A DNA stretch of 23,561 bases from a virus. Taxonomy: Duplodnaviria > Heunggongvirae > Uroviricota > Caudoviricetes. How positions within the stretch are numbered: the first letter of the stretch is position 1; each line of letters opens with the position of its first letter. Below the pieces are notes generated by a model. That model worked only from the letters and a program-made list of their open reading frames with translations, did no database searches and was not told the DNA's origin. Of the stretch, positions 15,545 to 23,303 are shown piece after piece. The position numbers and the translations under genes are program-made. The DNA is taken from positions 1 to 23,561 of IMG/VR virus record IMGVR_UViG_3300046779_000230. One strand, given 5' to 3'.

Positions 15545-15694
15545 TTATTCTTCTTCGTCGAACTCTTCTTCTTCATAAATGTCTGCAGAGCAGACTGGAC
15601 AGTAGACAATATCTTCCAGTCTGTGGTCATCACCTTTGACGATGATCTTACCACGCGCTTCACATTCTGTGCATTCAAAATGTCTTGTTGGCAT
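15545..15694 (-). CDS. Zn-ribbon / rubredoxin-like small protein (49 aa) with acidic tail
   Basis: Not in track; MPTRHFECTECEARGKIIVKGDDHRLEDIVYCPVCSADIYEEEEFDEEE*; ATG directly follows the nrdB TAA. Confidence 0.8.
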   Translation of the reverse strand: MPTRHFECTECEARGKIIVKGDDHRLEDIVYCPVCSADIYEEEEFDEEE

Positions 15695-16687
15695 TTACGC
15701 TTTCCCCCATACGTCGTCCCAAGTGCCAGACAACGCACCCTTTGCGTAATCTGTTACACGGTTCTCAAAGAAGTTACCGTGTACTGGGGCATTAATCATC
15801 TCCTCTACCCAAGGTAGAGGATTCTTTTTCACTTTAAAGATACCCTTTAATCCCATACTGATCAATCGGCGATCTGCAATATAACGGATGTATTGTTTTA
15901 CATCTGCTTTATCTAGATCACGCATAGAACCGCCAGTTGTGACATAAGCCAAATCAATAAACTTGTCTTCTAGTTCAACCATACGTTCAGCAATAGTGTA
16001 GATACGGCTCTTAAGTTCATCATTCCAGATTTCTGGATGCTCTTTGATATATGTCTTGAACAATTTGATCATGTTCTCGGCATGCATTGTTTCATCAACA
16101 ATAGACCAAGTAACAATCTGTCCCATACCCTTCATCATACCATGACGTGGGAAGTTCAGTAACATGATGAATGAAGAGAACAACTGCATACCTTCAGTGA
16201 AGGCAGAGAACACAGCAATGTGTGTGGCAGTATCAGTAACATTACCACTCTTAGAAGCGATCTCTAATACGTAGTCGTGTTTGTCTCTCATCTCTTGATA
16301 TTCCAAGAACTGACTATAAGTCACTTCTGGTAGTCCGAGTGTTTCAATTAAGTGAGAGTAAGCAGCAATGTGCAAGGCTTCACGAGCAGCAAACCCCAAT
16401 AGCATCATACGAACTTCAGGTTGCTTAAAATGTGGAAGATAGTTGTTAACATAACCACCAGCAACGTCGATGTCACCTTGTGTGAAGAAACGGAAGATGT
16501 TTGTCAAAAACTCTTTTTCTTCTTTTGTTAATTTCTTTTTCCAATCTTTAACATCCTCAAGCATTGGCACTTCAGTGTGTAGCCAGTGTGCTTGTTCGTG
16601 TCTGAGCCATGCATCATATGCCCATGGGTAGTTGAACGGTTTAAAGTACGTTCTTTCGTCTGTTAAGTTATGTTGTTTCTTTACCAT
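15695..16687 (-). CDS. nrdB: Ribonucleotide reductase class Ia beta subunit
   Basis: TQGDIDV, REALHIAAY (ExxH plus radical Tyr), TEGMQLF, DETMH, NFFE. Confidence 0.97.
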   Translation of the reverse strand: MVKKQHNLTDERTYFKPFNYPWAYDAWLRHEQAHWLHTEVPMLEDVKDWKKKLTKEEKEFLTNIFRFFTQGDIDVAGGYVNNYLPHFKQPEVRMMLLGFAAREALHIAAYSHLIETLGLPEVTYSQFLEYQEMRDKHDYVLEIASKSGNVTDTATHIAVFSAFTEGMQLFSSFIMLLNFPRHGMMKGMGQIVTWSIVDETMHAENMIKLFKTYIKEHPEIWNDELKSRIYTIAERMVELEDKFIDLAYVTTGGSMRDLDKADVKQYIRYIADRRLISMGLKGIFKVKKNPLPWVEEMINAPVHGNFFENRVTDYAKGALSGTWDDVWGKA

Positions 16688-16875
16688 TATTCGTTGTCCA
16701 GTATTAGTTCTATACGTCCTTCGTTTATCACGACACCGCGAACTTCGCGATACCCATCATCAGTTAACACAATTACCTTTATAGGTTCTTTAGATTTTGG
16801 TAACTCACCGCTGTTCTTTGGAACAAGCGCCATCCAATATTTTTGGATTTTATGACAGATATCGTATGCGTCCAT
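16687..16875 (-). CDS. Hypothetical protein (62 aa)
   Basis: GAGG SD; stop overlaps the nrdB start. Confidence 0.65.
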   Translation of the reverse strand: MDAYDICHKIQKYWMALVPKNSGELPKSKEPIKVIVLTDDGYREVRGVVINEGRIELILDNE

Positions 16876-16877
16876 GA

Positions 16878-17417
16878 TTACCTCTTTATTTTCATTTTAT
16901 GGGCTAATGTTATGCGCATAGTGTTACAGTGTATTGTTGGTTCTAACCCAACATGTTCTAATCTAGAATTAAACACTACAGCGCTGTTTGGTTTTGGATA
17001 TACTATATGCATTCTATTCATGTCATCATTGATCACAGTAAACCCACCAAGCTGTGCGTTCCATTCTTTATTCATATAATACACAAGGGTGATATAATCA
17101 GAAGAGTCCCATGTAGGTTTTTCGTCAGAATGAAATCTTCCACATTGACCATGAGTCTGACCATTTAGATAAAGTTCAACTGTTTCAACTTCTATATTGA
17201 ATATAGATTGAACTTTTTCTCTAAATGTATTTTCTATAATATGAGAAGTGTCTATATCATTCTCACCCCACAGCTGTTTGAACCAAAAAAATCTACTATC
17301 ATCATAGCTACTATTTTTAAGTTCCCACTTAAAGTGGTCAGTTATAATTAGTAAATTTTCGAATTCTTTCTCGTTGAGAAGATCATTCGTGATGTATATT
17401 TGTTTTGGGTCAAACAT
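16878..17417 (-). CDS. 2OG-Fe(II) oxygenase
   Basis: YLNGQTHGQCGRFHSD (HxD), LVYYMNKEW, GGFT, NSAVVF, LEHVG, RITLA; start MFDPK just after the nrdA stop. Confidence 0.85.
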   Translation of the reverse strand: MFDPKQIYITNDLLNEKEFENLLIITDHFKWELKNSSYDDSRFFWFKQLWGENDIDTSHIIENTFREKVQSIFNIEVETVELYLNGQTHGQCGRFHSDEKPTWDSSDYITLVYYMNKEWNAQLGGFTVINDDMNRMHIVYPKPNSAVVFNSRLEHVGLEPTIHCNTMRITLAHKMKIKR

Positions 17418-17418
17418 A

Positions 17419-19218
17419 TTAACCTTCGCACGCCAAGCATACAGACTCATCACCAGTCATAGCAGTCAAGTCAATTTCTTTAATCACTTCACGTTCGATG
17501 CGCTTGGAAACCTTGTCTGCTTTAGCGATCTTATCGCTACGGCAGTAGTACATAGTCTTTAATTTCAACTTCCATGCCATAAAGTGCACAGCGTGAATGT
17601 ATTTGATATGACTATCAGGTCTAAAGAACACGTTCAAAGACTGCGCTTGGTCTATATGTACTTGCCTGTCTGCGGCATGTTGGACGACCCAACGCTGGTC
17701 AATTTCCATAGACGTCTTGAAAACATCTTTGTTCCAGTCGTCCATCCAATCCAAGTGCTGAACTGAACCATCATTCGCAATAATCGAACGCCAAACTTCG
17801 TTGTACCATTCTTCATCATGTTTCTTAGCCTCTTCCTTAATAACGATATCGAGGAATCGGTTTTTATTTAGGTGAGAACCCGATAGAGTGTCTTGGCGAT
17901 AAGCGTTGGCACGATAAGGTTCAATAGAAGGAGAAGTATTCCCCATGAGAATGGAAGAAGAAGCATTGGGAGCAATAGCCATAAGATGACTAAAGCGATT
18001 GCCAGTACCAACTGCATCAGGAGCCTCACCTCGCTCGGCACCAAGTTCTTTATTCGCAACATCTAACTTACCTCTTACACTCGCGAAGATTTGTTTGTTC
18101 TTACCAACGGCTAGGCTTGATTCCCAAGGGATACTGTTCTTTTGCAAGAAGGCATGGAAACCCAGCGCACCGATGCCGATTGATCGCTCACGCATGGCGG
18201 AGAATTTTGCACGTTCGATTTGGGTAGGTGCATTATCAATAAAATGCTGAAGCACATTATCAAGCATTTCTGCAACATCACGAAGGAAAGTAGGATCGTT
18301 TTTCCACTCATCATAATATTCAAGGTTCAGTGACGACAAGCAACAAACAGCGGTGCGCTTTTCGTTTGTGGGTAGAATGATTTCAGAACACAAGTTTGAT
18401 TGATGAACACGTAGACCTTTTTCATACAACCACTGTGGTAGTCTACGGTTAGACTCATCAATAAAGTGAAGGTATGGTTCACCAGTTTGCATGCGCATTT
18501 CTAAGATACGCTGCCACAGTTCTTTGGCAGAAACTGTTTCACGAACTTCTTTAGAAGCTGGATCAACCAATTCCCAAGAATCGTCTGCTTCTGGATCAAG
18601 CATACAACGCTCAATGATTTCCATGAAAGCATCTGGAATGTTAATACCGTGGTGGAGATTCAAACAACGCATGTTTTGATCACCAGTTGGCTTACGCATT
18701 TCCAAGAAGCTAATGATATCAGGGTGAGAGATATCTAGGTAAGCAGCATAACTACCACGACGGGTACTGCCTTGTTTGTACGCCAGAGATGACGCATCGT
18801 AAGTCTTCAAGTGAGGCATAACACCTGTTGACTTGTCGCTGGCGGAGCGAATACCAAAACCGATACCAACGCCACCACCCATCATAGACAACCAGCTTGT
18901 TTCGCTGTAGTTATCAACTAGACCTTCAGCTGTGTCTTCGATAAAGTTGAGGAAACATGAGATAGGTAAACCACGCTTGCTGCGACCGAATGAAAGGATA
19001 GGAGTAGAGTATGAAAGCCAATGCTTGCTGCTGTGCTCATACAAGCGTTGAGCGTGTTCTGGGTTGCTTCCAAACTTACTTGATACATATGCGAATCTTT
19101 CTTGTGGAGAGACTTCATCATCTCTCATATAACTTTCTTTTAATCTAATCTTTCCTAGTTCATCAAATAGACTATCGCGGGAATAGTCTACCTTGATGCC
19201 ATGCACGACATCTTGCAT
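17419..19218 (-). CDS. nrdA: Ribonucleotide reductase class Ia alpha subunit (no ATP cone)
   Basis: PISCFL, SNLCSEI, AIAPNASSS, TMYYCR, C-terminal CLACEG. Confidence 0.97.
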   Translation of the reverse strand: MQDVVHGIKVDYSRDSLFDELGKIRLKESYMRDDEVSPQERFAYVSSKFGSNPEHAQRLYEHSSKHWLSYSTPILSFGRSKRGLPISCFLNFIEDTAEGLVDNYSETSWLSMMGGGVGIGFGIRSASDKSTGVMPHLKTYDASSLAYKQGSTRRGSYAAYLDISHPDIISFLEMRKPTGDQNMRCLNLHHGINIPDAFMEIIERCMLDPEADDSWELVDPASKEVRETVSAKELWQRILEMRMQTGEPYLHFIDESNRRLPQWLYEKGLRVHQSNLCSEIILPTNEKRTAVCCLSSLNLEYYDEWKNDPTFLRDVAEMLDNVLQHFIDNAPTQIERAKFSAMRERSIGIGALGFHAFLQKNSIPWESSLAVGKNKQIFASVRGKLDVANKELGAERGEAPDAVGTGNRFSHLMAIAPNASSSILMGNTSPSIEPYRANAYRQDTLSGSHLNKNRFLDIVIKEEAKKHDEEWYNEVWRSIIANDGSVQHLDWMDDWNKDVFKTSMEIDQRWVVQHAADRQVHIDQAQSLNVFFRPDSHIKYIHAVHFMAWKLKLKTMYYCRSDKIAKADKVSKRIEREVIKEIDLTAMTGDESVCLACEG

Positions 19219-19236
19219 ATTTTGTTGCCTCTTGTT

Positions 19237-19929
19237 TTAATTATTGTTGATAAAGTCAGTCGCCATTGGGAATGCTTCAGCGATTACTCGAGCACATTCA
19301 CGCGCAACTTCCATATGTTCTTTTTGTGTACCATTACTAGAGCGCAGATCAATAAAGTGGATCCAGCTGCGGAGAGTACCATTCATGTATAAGCGAGAAA
19401 CAGTCAGTCCTTCTGGCAGTACTGCTCGCGCTTGTTCTTTGGCGATGCCGTTTTCAATAGCCCACTTATATTCTTTTTCAACTGCATAGAGAACACGCTT
19501 TTGTGCACGTTCCCATTCAATCGCCAAAAGACGTTGGGCTTCATCTGTTTGATCAAATTCTACGCTGTTCTGACGATTCTTGGTATCTTGAAATCTTGCT
19601 TCGCGAAGCACAAAGGCTTTACCGATTTCTTGTGTTGGGTCAGCATATCTTTGGCTGAACTCTTGGAATGAGAAAGAACGATGACGTAAAATTTGTCTAG
19701 CGATATCACGAGTAGTTTCAATTTCAAGACAAGCACTAACCATCTCTAGAGGTGACCAGTGTTTGTGTTTGATCAAATATTTGATCAGCTTTTCTGCCGT
19801 TTCCATATTAAATTGGTTGGATGGATTTGACACTCGGGCACAAAACGCAATTAGCTCTTGTGCGTCTACCAATCCTTGGTCATACATCTCTCGCGAGGGC
19901 TTTGAATAACTAATCAACTTTACTTTCAT
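19237..19929 (-). CDS. thyX: FAD-dependent thymidylate synthase
   Basis: RHRSFSFQEFSQRY ThyX motif, HWSPLE, EQARAVLP, GTLRSWIHF. Confidence 0.97.
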   Translation of the reverse strand: MKVKLISYSKPSREMYDQGLVDAQELIAFCARVSNPSNQFNMETAEKLIKYLIKHKHWSPLEMVSACLEIETTRDIARQILRHRSFSFQEFSQRYADPTQEIGKAFVLREARFQDTKNRQNSVEFDQTDEAQRLLAIEWERAQKRVLYAVEKEYKWAIENGIAKEQARAVLPEGLTVSRLYMNGTLRSWIHFIDLRSSNGTQKEHMEVARECARVIAEAFPMATDFINNN

Positions 19930-20945
19930 ATTTTCTTCCATGTACTAAATCTAAGGGTTGCTTCAATTCCTTGGTAGGTGTTTTTATTTATGGTATCCAA
20001 AATCTCTTCTGGAGTCATACCACCAAGAATCATCTCATTTATATCTTTTTGTTCAATTGTATCTGGAAACATACAGACACTATAACCAAGTTTAATATAT
20101 TTGTTTAACTGTTTAACGATATCTTTATTTCTGGGCTCATTGTCCATCACAATAGTTGCGTTAGTAAGAAGACTCCTAATAGTAGGGGTGTCAAAACTGG
20201 CTCCAGAAACGGCAATGGTGTTTGGTAAGAACAACGAATCAATTGGTCCTTCAACCACGTAGATCCGTTTACTATAGTCGATCCGATCAAGTCCATAAAT
20301 TTTCTCCTGTTGTTCATCAATCTTGATGGCATAATACTTAGGCTCTTCATTTCCATACGCTCTAGCAGAATAAGCAAAACATTTACCTGCTGGAGTAAAG
20401 TAAGGAATGATCATCCTTGGATGGTCTTCTTTAATTGGCTCTTCAAATTTTGGGGTAACAGTGTTTGTGTACTTTTTAAATTTTGGAGCAAAGTACAGTA
20501 GATTCCAATGCTTCATCGGAATCTTTCTTGATAGAAGATACTTGACTGCTGGATGCGAACTATCCAGCTTATCTATACGCTTGAGCGATGATAGAATGTC
20601 GTCTTCTAGTAATTCTTCTTTGGGGGTTGGTAGCATGGGCGCTACCTCTTTGTGATCATTGTATCTTGTTGCGCCACCTTTGTAGCGTTCCAAGACATAC
20701 TCATCATAAAGTTGTGTGTCAACGTACTTGATTAAGTTACCAATGTTGGTACCATAACCACAGTTGTGACATTTGACGAACAAGTCGGTTTTCTGGCGGT
20801 AGATGTAACCACGAGCTTTTAACTTGTTCTTTGAACTATCTCCGCAAACTGGACAAGAGTAGTTCCAGAGATACTGATCTTTTTGTTTGAAATTTCTTAG
20901 ACGACTGCCTAAGATGTTTGCATATTTTGCATCAATGTATAACAT
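19926..20945 (-). CDS. 61: DNA primase (T4 gp61-like)
   Basis: CPVCGDS...CHNCG Zn finger; TOPRIM VVEGPIDS, MDNEPRN, KDINEM. Confidence 0.95.
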   Translation of the reverse strand: MLYIDAKYANILGSRLRNFKQKDQYLWNYSCPVCGDSSKNKLKARGYIYRQKTDLFVKCHNCGYGTNIGNLIKYVDTQLYDEYVLERYKGGATRYNDHKEVAPMLPTPKEELLEDDILSSLKRIDKLDSSHPAVKYLLSRKIPMKHWNLLYFAPKFKKYTNTVTPKFEEPIKEDHPRMIIPYFTPAGKCFAYSARAYGNEEPKYYAIKIDEQQEKIYGLDRIDYSKRIYVVEGPIDSLFLPNTIAVSGASFDTPTIRSLLTNATIVMDNEPRNKDIVKQLNKYIKLGYSVCMFPDTIEQKDINEMILGGMTPEEILDTINKNTYQGIEATLRFSTWKKI

Positions 20946-20968
20946 GACAACTCCACGTGTAGAGTCAT
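20944..20968 (-). promoter_or_regulatory. Hairpin sequestering the primase SD, overlapping the predicted +1
   Basis: ACTCTA-CACG-TGGAGT stem (contains GGAG); ATGAC can also pair with GTCAT, which contains the first two bases of the start codon. Confidence 0.55.
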
Positions 20969-20997
20969 ATTATACATCATGTAATCTTGCAACACAA
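20969..20997 (-). promoter_or_regulatory. Sigma70-type promoter for the primase-thyX-nrd operon
   Basis: TTGTGT (20997-20992), 17 nt, TATAAT (20974-20969). Confidence 0.75.
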
Positions 20998-20999
20998 AT

Positions 21000-21356
21000 T
21001 TATTTGCCAATTACCTTAGAGAATAGTTCTAGGTGGCTAATTAAATAACCAATAACAATTGCACCACCAACAATCATCCAACGCCATCTTTCAAGAACAT
21101 CAACACGTTCTGTGATTTTTTTGATGTCTTGTTTTATCTCGGTTTGAATTTGTTCATGTTGCGTCTTTGACGCTTCTGAATTTGCACCCATCTTATATTC
21201 AAGACGAACTTCCATCTGGTCAATCTTGTCTAAGATTTCACGATTACCAGTTGTGATTCTAGAGTGCACCTCTTTGACGTCGGCTTTAAGGTCTTTGACG
21301 TCGTCTTTGATACCTTCGACTTGTGCTTCCAATTTTGCGATTCTTTCTGTGTCCAT
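21000..21356 (-). CDS. Coiled-coil protein with C-terminal TM (XhlA-like; lysis-associated candidate)
   Basis: Heptad N-terminus, LERWRWMIVGGAIVIGYLI TM; TGATG-coupled to the o-spanin. Confidence 0.6.
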   Translation of the reverse strand: MDTERIAKLEAQVEGIKDDVKDLKADVKEVHSRITTGNREILDKIDQMEVRLEYKMGANSEASKTQHEQIQTEIKQDIKKITERVDVLERWRWMIVGGAIVIGYLISHLELFSKVIGK

Positions 21357-21640
21357 CAATTTATATTCTCGTAAATGTGTTTCTGAACATTATACCATTC
21401 AATCCATGCGTCAGACTTTATAGCACATTCATAATATGTGGTATAGTTCAAAGTAACAGTTCGCGCCACATCACTTAACTTGGCGTCTTCTTGTAACTTT
21501 TGAAGGTTGGGGCATTTTTCTAGAGACATCTTTCCAGGTGGCTCAGGAAACTTAGATTTTACTGGCACAACAGTCGTACATCCAGCAAGGATGAAAGACA
21601 GAAGTAATAGTGTTGCAACAAGTAGAGACGTAATTCTCAT
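21356..21640 (-). CDS. Outer-membrane spanin (Rz1-like lipoprotein)
   Basis: Lipobox LAGC, Pro-rich segment FPEPPG, two further Cys. Confidence 0.75.
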   Translation of the reverse strand: MRITSLLVATLLLLSFILAGCTTVVPVKSKFPEPPGKMSLEKCPNLQKLQEDAKLSDVARTVTLNYTTYYECAIKSDAWIEWYNVQKHIYENIN

Positions 21641-22065
21641 TTCAATGCCTCTGCTGCGTCATTATGAACTTTAACAAATTCTTTTGGAATTTTACACTGG
21701 TCATCATATTTAATCAATTCTTTGTCAACATACTTAATAATGTCGTCACCGCGAACTCTAACAACTTCTAGTTGTTTAACGACTTTTTCAACAATCTTAG
21801 TATTCTCTTTAGCAGACTCGGCTTCAGCCTTGGCTACTTTAGCTTCCATTTCTTTGACTCTTAGTTCCCACTTTTCTTGATTGGCAATACCACCTTCAAT
21901 GTACAAACCAGCAACCAACAAAACAGCAGATATAACCTGCAGCGGTAGCTTGTATGCTGATATCATTGGAACAAATGTCAACACCTTAGATGCTAACAGT
22001 CCACCGATTCCAGCAATCAGTACTAGGTGAAATACCCAAGTAGGTAAGAAATCAAGAATCCACAT
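21637..22065 (-). CDS. Inner-membrane spanin (Rz-like)
   Basis: N-terminal TMs, periplasmic coiled coil, C-terminal CKIPKEF..HNDAA; ATGA overlap with the lipoprotein gene. Confidence 0.7.
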   Translation of the reverse strand: MWILDFLPTWVFHLVLIAGIGGLLASKVLTFVPMISAYKLPLQVISAVLLVAGLYIEGGIANQEKWELRVKEMEAKVAKAEAESAKENTKIVEKVVKQLEVVRVRGDDIIKYVDKELIKYDDQCKIPKEFVKVHNDAAEALK

Positions 22066-22564
22066 TTAATGGCTTTCTTTTAAACAGTGACTTCTTATAT
22101 TTATTAACATCAGTCTTTTTGATTGCTGCTTGATCTGTTGATGTAGCAGCACCCGTGGCATTCACAGGAGTATCTTCAAAAAACTTTCTAACAGCTAATT
22201 CTTCTTCAACAAGAACAACATTGTTGTTAACAGCTTCTAAGATTCTAATGTATCTGTCTTCCATCAATGAAAGAGATCTGTCTTTTGTTTCGTAGTACTC
22301 TTTGACCAACCAAAGAGAAGCAACAATACTTTTTAGTTTGCTTTCACCACCAACTTTGTTGATGATTTTCTTCATGTTGAAAACAAGACGATGTAAGTAT
22401 GTGTACGCTTCTTTTTCTTCTGATGTAGAAAGTGAGCTAGTCTTCTTTAAGTTGTTGCCTTTTTCATCGACAATACCTAGCTTATACGCCTTAGTCTCCT
22501 TGACAGGAGTTACTAGCATAGAAAGGATTCTATATGCGATAAGATTGTCTACTATTCTACTCAT
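22052..22564 (-). CDS. Conserved T4-like hypothetical (late) protein
   Basis: AYKLGIVDEKG, YTYLHRLVFNMKKII and EDTPVN motifs recalled from cyanophage-type genomes. Confidence 0.7.
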   Translation of the reverse strand: MSRIVDNLIAYRILSMLVTPVKETKAYKLGIVDEKGNNLKKTSSLSTSEEKEAYTYLHRLVFNMKKIINKVGGESKLKSIVASLWLVKEYYETKDRSLSLMEDRYIRILEAVNNNVVLVEEELAVRKFFEDTPVNATGAATSTDQAAIKKTDVNKYKKSLFKRKPLNVDS

Positions 22565-22950
22565 TAAATTTTCCTTAAGATGGAAATAACATTTTCATCT
22601 AATTTTATATCAGAAAGAACTATTCCATATTCTGGTAACGCTTCTGGCATTCTATCCAAGTACACCAAAAAGGTTACAAGAATATCCCAATTAGACTTAT
22701 CTATTTTATAAAACAACATCTTGGTAGTTGTTGCTCCAAAAATATTGTACAGCACAATTATATGATTTAAGATTAGTCGCTCTCTTAATTCACCATTGGC
22801 TCTGTACCTAGAAATAAGTTTCTTGAGATAAAGAAATCGTTTAAGATCTTCTTCAAACTCTTCGAGTGAATGACATTGTGTGTTGTCATAGTGATGCATG
22901 GCGAACAATAAAAAATTGTTCTCATTTAGTTTTTCGTTTGTCATTCCCAT
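22564..22950 (-). CDS. Conserved T4-like hypothetical protein
   Basis: LNENNFLLFAMHHYDN..C...EEFEEDLKRF..LKKL...LRERLILNHIIVLYNIFG family pattern; start at 22950 or 22944. Confidence 0.7.
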   Translation of the reverse strand: MGMTNEKLNENNFLLFAMHHYDNTQCHSLEEFEEDLKRFLYLKKLISRYRANGELRERLILNHIIVLYNIFGATTTKMLFYKIDKSNWDILVTFLVYLDRMPEALPEYGIVLSDIKLDENVISILRKI

Positions 22951-22962
22951 TACTATCAAAAT

Positions 22963-22985
22963 GAAGGGGAGTATATCTCCCCTTC
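22963..22985 (-). terminator. 9-bp GC-rich hairpin, probable terminator or 5' stabiliser
   Basis: GAAGGGGAG-ATATA-CTCCCCTTC followed by ATTTTG; ATAAATA motif just upstream (22994-23000). Confidence 0.6.
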
Positions 22986-22999
22986 TACATAATTATTTA

Positions 23000-23269
23000 T
23001 TAAGCGTCTGCAACAGTGGAATCGTCACCTGATCCAGTATCGCCAGTCATAGAACCAGAAGCAACAAGCACTTCAGATTTGTGACGTGTAGTTCCTTGAG
23101 CATCAGTATAAGTTGTATACTTTACCCAACCTGGAGTATTGATACCCTTGGCACGGTTTGCTGTTACTGCTGCTTCTGTAGCATCAACACCAAATGTTAC
23201 CGCTGCGTCAGCAGTAGAAAGGTTTTTTGGCTTTCCAGCTGCTTCGTCTGTCATTGTCCATAGAGACAT
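23000..23269 (-). CDS. Probable small virion structural protein
   Basis: MSLW...PGWVKYTTYTDAQGTTRHKSEVLVA pattern recalled from T4-like virion proteins; late-promoter motif and GGGG SD upstream. Confidence 0.6.
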   Translation of the reverse strand: MSLWTMTDEAAGKPKNLSTADAAVTFGVDATEAAVTANRAKGINTPGWVKYTTYTDAQGTTRHKSEVLVASGSMTGDTGSGDDSTVADA

Positions 23270-23292
23270 AGTTTTCCCCTTTAAAAGATTTT

Positions 23293-23303
23293 TATTTATT
23301 TAT
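23293..23303 (-). promoter_or_regulatory. Tandem late promoter-like ATAAATA motifs
   Basis: AATAAATAAATAAAA upstream of the 89-aa gene. Confidence 0.55.

Noticed and set aside
15695-19929. Group I introns or inteins in nrdB, nrdA and thyX; stop-codon recoding
   Set aside because: All three are continuous, of normal length and have intact motifs under the standard bacterial code.
5435-20377. Alternative-frame minus-strand ORFs nested in real genes (e.g. 8815..9042, 12228..12581, 14488..14763, 15532..15738, 17868..18062)
   Set aside because: Out-of-frame overlaps of motif-bearing CDSs; 15532..15738 is displaced by the Zn-ribbon ORF at 15545..15694.
367-22589. All plus-strand ORFs in the track (e.g. 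8645..9244, 6750..7334, 9607..9969, 15506..15817)
   Set aside because: Each lies antisense to a well-supported minus-strand gene and has no recognisable motif; these are shadow ORFs.
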